Shown piece after piece: positions 1 through 8,846 of a DNA stretch of 64,000 bases. The stretch is from Lachnospiraceae bacterium (GTDB taxonomy: Bacteria > Bacillota > Clostridia > Lachnospirales > Lachnospiraceae). Made by a program: the position numbers and the translations under genes. The notes below the pieces were generated by a model. That model was not told the origin of the DNA, searched no databases, and saw only the letters and a list, made by a program, of their open reading frames with translations. Position 1 is the stretch's first letter, and every line of letters begins with the position of its first letter. Location: the NCBI GenBank assembly GCA_045130455.1, contig JBGUPV010000155.1:22890-86889 (forward strand), read 5' to 3'.

Positions 1-413
1 TTGCCCTCGGTAAGATTCTTGTACGCACCGGGCGTATTGTTGCAGGGCAGGAACAGCTTTGCGTCCTCAACGGAGAGACCGAGAAGTTCCGCGAACACCG
101 CATCGTAGAAAGGCTCCAGTGCCAGCGCACCGTCCACCACCGGAAGATTTGCCGTCGTCAGCGTCTTGCCGCTCGGAAGCACAGCCGTCTTCGGAGCTTC
201 CGTAGGGGTAGCGGTCGGTTCCGGCGCAGGCGTCTCTGTCGCGGTCGGTTCCGGCGCGGGCGTATCGGTCACACCCGGCTCGGACGTAGGCGTCGCCGCT
301 TCCGTCGGCGCCGTCGTCGGATCATTTTTCGTCTCGTTCTTCTTGCCGCAGCCGACTGCAGCAAGGATCACAGCAACCATCAATACCCCGCACAACCATT
401 TTTTCACGTTCAT
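1..413 (-). CDS. lipoprotein with PstS-like periplasmic-binding-protein N-lobe (3' end outside window)
   Basis: Absent from the ORF track because it runs off the window edge. A reverse-strand ATG at 411-413 has AGAGGT 8 nt upstream. Translation: MNVKKWLCGVLMVAVILAAVGCGKK (signal peptide plus lipobox), a Thr/Pro-rich linker, then VVDGALALEPFYDAV...CNNTPGAYKNLTEG, which resembles PstS-family substrate-binding proteins. Confidence 0.55.
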   Translation of the reverse strand, partial: MNVKKWLCGVLMVAVILAAVGCGKKNETKNDPTTAPTEAATPTSEPGVTDTPAPEPTATETPAPEPTATPTEAPKTAVLPSGKTLTTANLPVVDGALALEPFYDAVFAELLGLSVEDAKLFLPCNNTPGAYKNLTEG

Positions 414-463
414 CTTTTCATACCTCTTTTTTGATTTTATAAATTCCCGGGAAACCGGGTTTT

Positions 464-2551
464 TCACTGATCAAAGGAATACCCTTCGTAAATCCGCAGA
501 TGTTTCACGTAAACATACGGATCCGACATTTGAAGATCCTTGTGGCGTTCCAGATCTCGGTAGATCGAGTTGAGAAGCGCCCTCGGAAGCTTCTGATCCA
601 GTTCCTCGGGAAACTCCCCCCAGGCACGGTAAGTCGGCATTTCAACGGTAAATGCGAACGCCGTCCAGTCCCATGTGGTTTCCGGATACAGATACGGCGG
701 ACGCGGATACGCAATATATCCCGACAGCAGCTTGGCCGCGTCTTTCGCCTCCTCCGCCGTGAGCGCGGTCTTCCCATCCTCGGTCATCAAGCCCGCGAAC
801 AGCTCCTCAAGAAGCTCCTCATAGGAAACATCCAACAATTCTTCCTGCGGCACGAACTTTCCGTCCTTCATCCACACACAGACTGTCTTCCAAAAATAAT
901 CCAGCTCACTTTCTCCGACATCATCGGACAGCGACATGGTCACGAAGGAATACCCGTTCGGATAGCAGACCATATTGTTGATCGACACCGCGCGAAGCAC
1001 AAAGTCCGCATCATTTTCCGCATCGAGGATACGCTCCTTGGCCTTTGGCCACTCCTGCTCCGCCCAATCTTTAACAAATGCGAGAAAATCGATGTCCGGA
1101 AGAGCGATCTTCTCCGCCCCGGCGGACTTAACCCGCAAACCGTACTCATAGGAGATCCGGTAGTAGCTCCCTTCGCCGCCCGTGAAGACCGCCACACTTT
1201 GCGCGGCTCCGTCCGCCGAAACCTTTACGTCCCCGAAATGCTTTCCTCTGTAATAACTTCCGTAGACTTCAACTCCGAGCTGGATCTCCTGAAGCGGCAG
1301 GAATTGATAGTTCACCTGCCTCGTGAAAGCCTTGATATCCCGGCACGGATCCGCCACACGCGCGGGAAGGCCGGTATAGCAGACGTTGCCGACGAATATC
1401 TGCTGCGAATCCCCGTAGTAGATAAACGGATCGTCCGCATCGATCCCGGAAAATACTCCTGCGCCGTCATACTCACGGTCAGGATCGTAGTCATCGTATA
1501 CTCCGTGCTGATCCGATCTTCCGCGCATCCAGTATTCATAACGCTCCTGTGCGATCGCATCGTTGATATATGTCTTGTAGTCGAACCCTTCCGGGAACAG
1601 ATCCGACAGGGCGACCTCCTCTCCGTTCGCAAGGTTAAAAAGCAGTTCGACATCCTCGTCGACATAGTACTTAAACTCCTCCTTGATCGGAGGACCGCCG
1701 TCCACCGTCCGATTCCAATAACTGATCGAGTCGTCGATGGACAATGCATCCAGATAACCGTAATACTCATCATCCGAACCGAAGGTGCGCGTTTCCTGCC
1801 AAAAATAATACCCGTACACGCTTACCGAGAGAAACCCATTTGACACGGAAGTTCGCGTCTCCACACAGATTTCCGGCTTCCCGCGTTTTTGGAACAGAGC
1901 GATGATCCCCGCGTCCTCCGGAATAAAATTCGGATCCGACATCGCGGTGACAACCTCATCGATCCGTTGGTTGATCCGATCGCTGACCGTTTGGTCCGTA
2001 AGGCCTGCCACGCGCACGCTCTGGATCATCCCCGGTTTCAGATACCAATTGCTCTGCCAGTCAAGTTTCATCCCGGTCGCAAGATTGATCGCGTTAACGG
2101 AAACCGGAGCGATCCGCATGATCCCGTAGGCGATATCCGTTTTGTCCGAATCACTGAGCGGCGCCCCCGTTCCGAGTTCTCCGGATCTCGCTTTCGGCCG
2201 GATCAGTTCGTGCAGTTCCCGGTTTCGCCGGATCTGCTCCAAAGAGCCGTACTCAACAGCAGGTATCGGCGTAATCGAATCCTTCGGATTCGGCGTGATC
2301 GTCGGGCTCGGACTGTTCGTCGGCGTAATCGTCGGGCTCGGACTGCTCGTCGGCGTCGCTTCCCCGGTCGGCACCGGACTCGGCGTCGTTTCCGAAGCCG
2401 GTGTCACGGTCGCGGCAGTTGTCGGATCATTTTCCGACGGCGTCACCGCGTTGTTCCCCGGCTCCCCGTTCTTCGAGCACGCCGACGCAAGCAGCACCAG
2501 GCAAAGCAGCGGAATACCGAACAGCCGTCGTTTCGTTGTCTTTTCTCTCAC
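464..2551 (-). CDS. lipoprotein, RsiV/PdaC-like (DUF4163/DUF3298-type) module plus conserved C-terminal module; paralog A
   Basis: 695-aa ORF. GTG start at 2549-2551 with GGAGGAAG upstream. Lipobox LLASAC and a T/P/S linker. VRVAGLTDQTVSDRINQRIDEVV and FNLANGEEVALSDLFPEGFDY match DUF4163/DUF3298 signature patterns from memory. The C-terminus KHLRIYEGYSFDQ is shared with the next two genes. Confidence 0.8.
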   Translation of the reverse strand: MREKTTKRRLFGIPLLCLVLLASACSKNGEPGNNAVTPSENDPTTAATVTPASETTPSPVPTGEATPTSSPSPTITPTNSPSPTITPNPKDSITPIPAVEYGSLEQIRRNRELHELIRPKARSGELGTGAPLSDSDKTDIAYGIMRIAPVSVNAINLATGMKLDWQSNWYLKPGMIQSVRVAGLTDQTVSDRINQRIDEVVTAMSDPNFIPEDAGIIALFQKRGKPEICVETRTSVSNGFLSVSVYGYYFWQETRTFGSDDEYYGYLDALSIDDSISYWNRTVDGGPPIKEEFKYYVDEDVELLFNLANGEEVALSDLFPEGFDYKTYINDAIAQERYEYWMRGRSDQHGVYDDYDPDREYDGAGVFSGIDADDPFIYYGDSQQIFVGNVCYTGLPARVADPCRDIKAFTRQVNYQFLPLQEIQLGVEVYGSYYRGKHFGDVKVSADGAAQSVAVFTGGEGSYYRISYEYGLRVKSAGAEKIALPDIDFLAFVKDWAEQEWPKAKERILDAENDADFVLRAVSINNMVCYPNGYSFVTMSLSDDVGESELDYFWKTVCVWMKDGKFVPQEELLDVSYEELLEELFAGLMTEDGKTALTAEEAKDAAKLLSGYIAYPRPPYLYPETTWDWTAFAFTVEMPTYRAWGEFPEELDQKLPRALLNSIYRDLERHKDLQMSDPYVYVKHLRIYEGYSFDQ

Positions 2552-2566
2552 GAAAAACTTCCTCCG

Positions 2567-4771
2567 TTATTCAAAGGTATATCCCTCATACATCAACAGA
2601 TGTTTCATGTACAGATAGGGATCCGACGGGTACAGATACACATGAACATCATAATCACTGATCAGGTTCTTCAAAAGGATCTCGGGGATATGATCCAAAA
2701 CATCCTTCGGAAGCATTCTGTCCACTTTGCTCGCCGAGATATTGTAGACACTCCCCCACGGGAAATCGATCAGACCCCAATCCCAACACGTCTGCACTCC
2801 TTCATCCCAATCGTATTCCATAACATACTGAGACAATGCCTTCGCGGCCTCCCCGGCCTCTTCCGGCGTCATCGCCTTTTTCCCGTCCTCCGTGCACAGA
2901 TCCGCCAGTAGTTCCGTCAACAGTTCCTCCGGCGAGACATCGTAAATGTCATCACGGGAAATGTATTTGCCGTCCTTCACCCACATGTTGAGGAAGAGTC
3001 TGTTCCAGTTATCATCATTTTCCCCTTTCACGTTTTCGCCTAATTCCAGTGAAACACAGGCATATCCGTTCGGAAAATACCGAATTGACGTCGCGACCAC
3101 GGAGCGCGGAGTAAAATTCTCTACATCTTCATACCAGGGGCTGTATGTGAGGAGCTTCTTCTCTCTCGGCCATTCCTTCGTAAGCCATTCACCGATAAAC
3201 GCAAGCATCTCTTCATCGGTATAATACCTTTCAATGACACGCTCCGGCTCACCGGGATACTCCCCGTAAATATGATACCAGCGCGGATACGGATCGTCGC
3301 CCTTATAGACCGTTACTTCCTGTTCTTTTCCACCGTCCGCAGGAATCCGAAGTTGTCCGGCAACCGTTTCCCTCACGGCACAATCAAATAACATTTCGCA
3401 CATGTCAAGCATCCCGAGAGAGCTGAAACGGTATCCCGGTTTCTCGAGGAAAACATCTTTTCCCTGACACAGATCCGGCAACGCCTGGGGAATATCGATC
3501 GAAATCTCATCTCCTAACACCCCGGGAAAATAAAGCCCCGAGCAGTAGCTGTAAAAGGTCTCCGTCCCCTTAAGCCCCGTAAACACTGCTCCGGAATCAT
3601 ATTCCATTGTTTCCCGATACCCATCATGATCCGGGTCGCTTCCTCTGGGCGGGTTTATCTCCCCGCTCTCCTGATAATCATCATCACGGAACCAGAAACT
3701 GTTTTCGCGAAGCTGCCGCTCGATCTCCTCATTCAGATACGCCGGATAATCCTCGCCGGCAGGAAAGAAATCCGAAAGTGTAAGTTCCTCGCCGGTCGCA
3801 AGGTTAAAGTTCAGTCCGACAACTTCCATGATCTCGTGCCAGAATTCCATCTTCATGCTGCCGGGTTCCGATTCTTCTTCCAACTCACTGTAAGCTGCCC
3901 GGAAACCGAACGTGTTGCAGGGCCAGTTCTCATACAGAAGCTTTTCCGCTTCCTCATAGGATGCGACCGTCCGGATCTCAGTCCATTCACGGTAAGCTCT
4001 TATCCGCACGGAAAAAAAGCCGTTGACCCCTCCTTGATCCATCGGTTCGACGGAAACTTCCACCTCAGGCGGTCCCCATTCCTTCACATACGAAAGAATA
4101 CCGGACATATCCGGAAGATAATCGGGGTCCGACAACGCTGCAACGGTTTCATCGATCCTGTCATTGATCTTTGCTGCGACTGCCGGATCCTTAATCCCGG
4201 AAACATGCAGCGTCAGGATCTGTCCGTCAATCTTGAGCCCGTATTCATTGACAAGAGGTTCTTCTCCGGTCCCCAAAACAACTCGCGCTGTCCGGATCGG
4301 ATTGATCCGGGAAATCCCGTGTGAAATGTTTTGCCGATCCTGCTCCGTCAGCGCCGGAGCCGTCCCTGTCTGTGCCGGCTCCCGCTTCGGATTGATGATC
4401 TCATGAAGCTCACGGTTGTGCCGGATCTGCTCCAAAGAACCGTACTCGACAGCAGGTATCGGCGTAATCGAATCCTTCGGATTCGGAGTAATCGTCGGCG
4501 TAACCGTAGCCTGCGGGGTAATCGGCGCCGTAGGAGTCGGGCTCGGGCTGTTCGCAGGTGTTACTTCGACCGTCGGCGTAACCGAATCCTGCGGTACCGG
4601 GCTCGGCGTTGCTTCCGGAGCCGCGGTTACGATCGCAGTGGCTGCGGGTGTATTGTCCGACGGCGTCGCCGACCCGTTCCCCGCACCTTCCTTTGTACAT
4701 GCGGAAAATATCATCGCCGAACAAAGCATTACGCTCATGACCGTCCAAAGAAATGTTTTCTTCTGTCTCAT
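2567..4771 (-). CDS. lipoprotein, RsiV/PdaC-like module; paralog B
   Basis: 734-aa ORF. ATG at 4769-4771 with GGAGGGAG upstream. Lipobox IFSAC and a T/P linker. LHVSGIKDPAVAAKINDRIDETV and FNLATGEELTLSDFFPAGEDY are present. C-terminus KHLLMYEGYTFE. Lies 15 nt downstream of paralog C's stop... (12 nt gap to paralog C, 15 nt gap to paralog A). Confidence 0.8.
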   Translation of the reverse strand: MRQKKTFLWTVMSVMLCSAMIFSACTKEGAGNGSATPSDNTPAATAIVTAAPEATPSPVPQDSVTPTVEVTPANSPSPTPTAPITPQATVTPTITPNPKDSITPIPAVEYGSLEQIRHNRELHEIINPKREPAQTGTAPALTEQDRQNISHGISRINPIRTARVVLGTGEEPLVNEYGLKIDGQILTLHVSGIKDPAVAAKINDRIDETVAALSDPDYLPDMSGILSYVKEWGPPEVEVSVEPMDQGGVNGFFSVRIRAYREWTEIRTVASYEEAEKLLYENWPCNTFGFRAAYSELEEESEPGSMKMEFWHEIMEVVGLNFNLATGEELTLSDFFPAGEDYPAYLNEEIERQLRENSFWFRDDDYQESGEINPPRGSDPDHDGYRETMEYDSGAVFTGLKGTETFYSYCSGLYFPGVLGDEISIDIPQALPDLCQGKDVFLEKPGYRFSSLGMLDMCEMLFDCAVRETVAGQLRIPADGGKEQEVTVYKGDDPYPRWYHIYGEYPGEPERVIERYYTDEEMLAFIGEWLTKEWPREKKLLTYSPWYEDVENFTPRSVVATSIRYFPNGYACVSLELGENVKGENDDNWNRLFLNMWVKDGKYISRDDIYDVSPEELLTELLADLCTEDGKKAMTPEEAGEAAKALSQYVMEYDWDEGVQTCWDWGLIDFPWGSVYNISASKVDRMLPKDVLDHIPEILLKNLISDYDVHVYLYPSDPYLYMKHLLMYEGYTFE

Positions 4772-4783
4772 CCTGACTCCCTC

Positions 4784-6724
4784 CTACTCGAAAGGGTACC
4801 CCTCATACATCCGCAGATGTTTGAATAACGTTTTCCTGTCGAACCCATATGTTGCCGAGCGACCGCTGATCGCATTTTTGAGATCATTGATCAGATACTG
4901 CGGCAGATACGCGGACAATTCTTTCACCATCGGAGCTGCCTCGTCCGGAACGACCCCCCAGCCGCGTCCGAATGTGAACGAAACACTGTCAAATCCGAGG
5001 TCTCCGTATTCGAGAGTCAGGGAAACCACATAGGGCGCGATCACCTTGCCTGCGGCAACGCTGTTCTCCTCCGTCATCCCGTCGAACTTCGAGAACAGCT
5101 CCGAAAACAGTTCCTCATAGGAAACATCCCAAAAATGATCCCGATCATTAATGAAGGCCCCGTCCTTCACCCAGAAATCACTCGAACCCACCGTGGAATA
5201 GAAATCGGACCTGCCGTCCAGAATAACGATCGAAACCTTTCCGTACCCGTTGGGATATACTTCATACCCGGAGGGGATCACCGCGTATTTATCAAACGTA
5301 AAGCCCTCCAATCTTTGCTTCAGAAAGCCCTGTCCGACCCACTGCCGGATCGCAGCTTCCGTTTCCTCGGCGGTTATCTGAGGCTCTTCTTTCGTCAGTT
5401 CTTCATACCAATAATAACTCCACTCATCCGTAAGCGCGGCAGGGATGATCCTCACTTCGGCCGTACCGTCGGCGAGCGGAACATGAATGCTCTCCGCCTT
5501 CTCGTACCGACGGCGATATTCGTCGAACACCTCGCCTGTATACTTCATATCCGAGAATTCGAAATAGCGGTATCCTATCGATTCAGCGGCGATCATCTCG
5601 TCCGTCACATAGATTTCCTCATCCGTCTTCAGGGCATGCACCGGATCCCAGTCCGCCAAAAGGTCAAACTTACCCTGCTGACCGTAGACACTGGTGCAAT
5701 GATACCGTCCGTCAACTGTATTGCCGGCATAGAACGGTTCCGCTCCGGTATATTGATACTCCCTTTCTACTTCTCCGCCGTCATATTCGTCTGCGTCGTC
5801 ATATAAAGACCACGCTCCGGATTTTTCTCCTTCCCAGTCCGTATAAAACCAGTAATCGTTGGCAAAGGGATTGCCCTCCTCATCCGCCTCTTTTATCAAT
5901 CCGTTGACGATCTCGATATAATCCTCACCTTCCCGGAAGAAGTCGGACATTTTGAGTTCTTCCCCCGTGGCAAGGTTGAAATTAAACGGCTCGTACGCAT
6001 GGTAATAGTTGCCTCCGATTATCCACATGATGTAGACATCAAAACTGAGGATTCCTCCGGAACTGCTCACATTATCACATCGCACAATACTTTCCGCAGG
6101 ACCGTACTTCTCCAACAGTTGCACGATTCCCGGAATCTCCGGCAGATAACAGGGATCCCCCATCGCACGGACGATCTCATCCACGCGGTTATGGATCTTA
6201 TCCGCAACCGATTGATCCCGCAATCCGGAAACCCGAAGCGACGAGAGACGGTATTCATCCGCCGGTCTATTGTATACGGTATTGACCTCCTTCAACGTGT
6301 AATCCTCAACTTCAAGGGCGTGCCGGCGACTGATCCCGTATTTTTGGTTCAGTTCGTTGATCGGATCTTTCTCCGGTGCCTTCCCCTTTCCGGTACCGAC
6401 GGCAGAAATGCTCTTCGTCGGTCTCACGATCTCTTTGAGTTCCCGTTTCCGTGCGAGCCATTCCGCAGATCCTACAGCCGGATTGCCCGTCGGCGTCGGA
6501 GTCAAAACGACCGCTCCCGTCGGCGTCAAAACAACCGCTCCCGTCGGTGTCGGTTCCGCCGTCGGTACTGTCGTCGGCGTGGCTGCTTCCGGCGTCGTCT
6601 CGCCGGTCGGAGCGGCCGTCACTGTGGCAGTGGCAGCATTTTCCGAAGACGTCTTCTTCGAACACGCGACTGCCGAAACCGCCGTCAAGGCAAATAACAA
6701 AACAACTGTTGCTTTTCGTACCAT
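4784..6724 (-). CDS. lipoprotein, RsiV/PdaC-like module; paralog C
   Basis: 646-aa ORF. ATG at 6722-6724 with GGGGTGA upstream. Lipobox AVSAVAC and a T/P linker. LRVSGLRDQSVADKIHNRVDEIV and FNFNLATGEELKMSDFFREGEDY are present. C-terminus KHLRMYEGYPFE. Confidence 0.8.
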   Translation of the reverse strand: MVRKATVVLLFALTAVSAVACSKKTSSENAATATVTAAPTGETTPEAATPTTVPTAEPTPTGAVVLTPTGAVVLTPTPTGNPAVGSAEWLARKRELKEIVRPTKSISAVGTGKGKAPEKDPINELNQKYGISRRHALEVEDYTLKEVNTVYNRPADEYRLSSLRVSGLRDQSVADKIHNRVDEIVRAMGDPCYLPEIPGIVQLLEKYGPAESIVRCDNVSSSGGILSFDVYIMWIIGGNYYHAYEPFNFNLATGEELKMSDFFREGEDYIEIVNGLIKEADEEGNPFANDYWFYTDWEGEKSGAWSLYDDADEYDGGEVEREYQYTGAEPFYAGNTVDGRYHCTSVYGQQGKFDLLADWDPVHALKTDEEIYVTDEMIAAESIGYRYFEFSDMKYTGEVFDEYRRRYEKAESIHVPLADGTAEVRIIPAALTDEWSYYWYEELTKEEPQITAEETEAAIRQWVGQGFLKQRLEGFTFDKYAVIPSGYEVYPNGYGKVSIVILDGRSDFYSTVGSSDFWVKDGAFINDRDHFWDVSYEELFSELFSKFDGMTEENSVAAGKVIAPYVVSLTLEYGDLGFDSVSFTFGRGWGVVPDEAAPMVKELSAYLPQYLINDLKNAISGRSATYGFDRKTLFKHLRMYEGYPFE

Positions 6725-6889
6725 AAATTCACCCCGTTATTTCCACCACTTCAGAAAAGCGGAAACACCTTGACGACGCATGATCTCCCCCAAGATCTCC
6801 ATGCCCCGCCAAGGCTCCGTACTGTTCTCCCGGAACTTCATCCCGGGATCGGCCTGATCCATACTCCCCAAGGCCCCACACTAAGCTGC

Positions 6890-8584
6890 TTACTGAATCT
6901 TCTCACCGACAAGTTTCCAAGTTTCCTTGCCGTCCTCGAAACGGATCTCTTCTTTCTGAACCGTGTTACCGTCAGCATCGAATACTTTCTTTGCGGTATA
7001 GACAGTCTTGCCGCGGTATGTTTCCGTCTTATCTTCACCGATCCTGTTTCCGTCCTCGTCGTACGTATACTGCGTCGTTACCACGGTCAAAAGCTTGCCG
7101 TGCTTCTCCTCGTCCGTAAGACTTTCGTCAAAGAACTGGTCGTACGCTTCTTCGCTCACGGAAGTGATCAGGTTTCCCTTTTCGTCGTATGTATGGCGAA
7201 CATCAAACGGTCCGTCGCTTCCGTCTTCGCCGTACTCGCGGATGCAGTTCTTCGCCGCGTCATATTCGTAGGTACACTCAAACCATCCCTGGATATGCGT
7301 AAGCCCATGGATCAGCAATCCGTTTTCGAAGGTGTTCTCCTCCCAGATATCGGTGAATTCATAGTTGCCGTCGGCATTTTTCTCAACCGTGCCGATCTTC
7401 AGGATTTCATCCTCCTCCGAATGAGGATACGCGTCAACGCCCTTGTTGATCAGCGCAAGCGTTTCATCACACGGAACAAACAGCTGCCCATCCCCTTCAC
7501 GCTCAGGATCGGCATCGGAATCGTCCGAATAATAGACTTCCAATACGGAACCGTCCTCGTTGTAAATGTACAGAGTTTTCGACTTCTCAAAAAGACTCCT
7601 TTCCAGGTATTCCCCGCTTCTCTCGATAACTCTTGCGACGATCCGCCCCTGTGCATCGGTTTCGTAGGAATACTTCTCCGAATAGGAATACTCTTTCCCG
7701 TTCGTTCGTGTCTTTGCCTCTTTCGCCGTAAGGTTTCCGACCTCGTCGTAGGTATAGCGAAGTCCTTCGGAAAGAACGTATACGTCTCTGTCCGGATCAT
7801 AGAAGAATCTTGTTTCTTCCGTCGTCCGTCCCTCCGGATCATACTGTGTGGAAGTGACTCCGGTAAGCTTTCCGTCATCGCCGTAGTATTCCGCACGGAG
7901 GATCTCTCTTCCCGCGCTGTCCTTCTTTGTCACGGTATCGTCGTTCAGGTTGACCCGAACATATTTCTCTCCGTCAAATTCTACCACATGTCCGACTTCG
8001 GAAGTATAGGAAAAATAAACCTTTTCCCCGTTCAGGTACTGAATGACGGCTTTCACACCGTTTTCACCCGTGTACGTTTCCGTCTTATCATAACGGTACT
8101 TTTTGTACTCTTCCGGAGACGTGGACTCAAATGCTCCGGTAAAGTTCTCGTCCTGCGGAACGGCAAATGTCTCCGTCTCCTTGTATGTGCACCCGCTCAG
8201 GTTCGCCGCCTGCTCGCTGAGGATATCCTTCCCCTGCTGCTCCGTGTATCTCGGCTCGAGAACCAGTTCAACGTCCGTCGGAAAATTCTCCGGTAACGCG
8301 CTCTTCGTCGGCTCGGCGATCGGCGTCGGCTCCTCGGTCGGCGCAACCGCCTCGGTAGGTGTCGGCTCTGCGGTCGGTTCCGCGGTAGGCGTTACCGCCT
8401 CCGTGGGTGTCGGCTCCGCGGTCGGCGTAACTGCCTCCGTAGGTGCGGCCGTCTCAGTCGGCGTGACCGCTTCCGTCACGGTTACCGCAGGCGTCGTATC
8501 GTTCTTTGTCTTTCCGCTCTCGCATGCCGTAAGGCTGAAAAGACCGATCATCAAAATTGTTAAAGCAACTCTCTTTCCGTTCAT
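6890..8584 (-). CDS. YD/RHS-repeat-like lipoprotein (family member 0)
   Basis: 564-aa ORF. ATG at 8582-8584 with a GGGGGGG RBS. Lipobox FSLTAC. (PTEAVTPTAEPT)n linker. YD-type repeats: YTYDEVGNLTAKE, HTYDEKGNLITSV, YTYDEDGNRIGED, FDADGNTVQKEE. Confidence 0.8.
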   Translation of the reverse strand: MNGKRVALTILMIGLFSLTACESGKTKNDTTPAVTVTEAVTPTETAAPTEAVTPTAEPTPTEAVTPTAEPTAEPTPTEAVAPTEEPTPIAEPTKSALPENFPTDVELVLEPRYTEQQGKDILSEQAANLSGCTYKETETFAVPQDENFTGAFESTSPEEYKKYRYDKTETYTGENGVKAVIQYLNGEKVYFSYTSEVGHVVEFDGEKYVRVNLNDDTVTKKDSAGREILRAEYYGDDGKLTGVTSTQYDPEGRTTEETRFFYDPDRDVYVLSEGLRYTYDEVGNLTAKEAKTRTNGKEYSYSEKYSYETDAQGRIVARVIERSGEYLERSLFEKSKTLYIYNEDGSVLEVYYSDDSDADPEREGDGQLFVPCDETLALINKGVDAYPHSEEDEILKIGTVEKNADGNYEFTDIWEENTFENGLLIHGLTHIQGWFECTYEYDAAKNCIREYGEDGSDGPFDVRHTYDEKGNLITSVSEEAYDQFFDESLTDEEKHGKLLTVVTTQYTYDEDGNRIGEDKTETYRGKTVYTAKKVFDADGNTVQKEEIRFEDGKETWKLVGEKIQ

Positions 8585-8751
8585 GTGTACCCCCCCTGTA
8601 GTGAATTCCGTATTACCACTGTCGGAAGTATAGCACAGAAAAATATTACGTTGGTTACTTTTCTGTTACGTTTTCGGCGTAAAATCTTACATCTTTGTTA
8701 AGACTTGTTACAGAACGATTACAACCCCGGAAAACGAGATATTTCACACCT

Positions 8752-8797
8752 CAAAAAACCGAAAAAGGCCGCCCGGAAACCTGCTCCGGACGGCCTT
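8752..8797 (-). terminator. intrinsic terminator of valS
   Basis: Minus strand reads AAGGCCGTCCGG-AGCAGGTTT-CCGGGCGGCCTT followed by TTTCGGTTTTTTG. This is a 12-bp GC-rich stem with one mismatch, 50 nt after the valS stop. Confidence 0.8.
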
Positions 8798-8846
8798 CGG
8801 AAAATCCTGTTTTGTGACTTTCGATGCTCCGCTCTTACCCGTGCGA

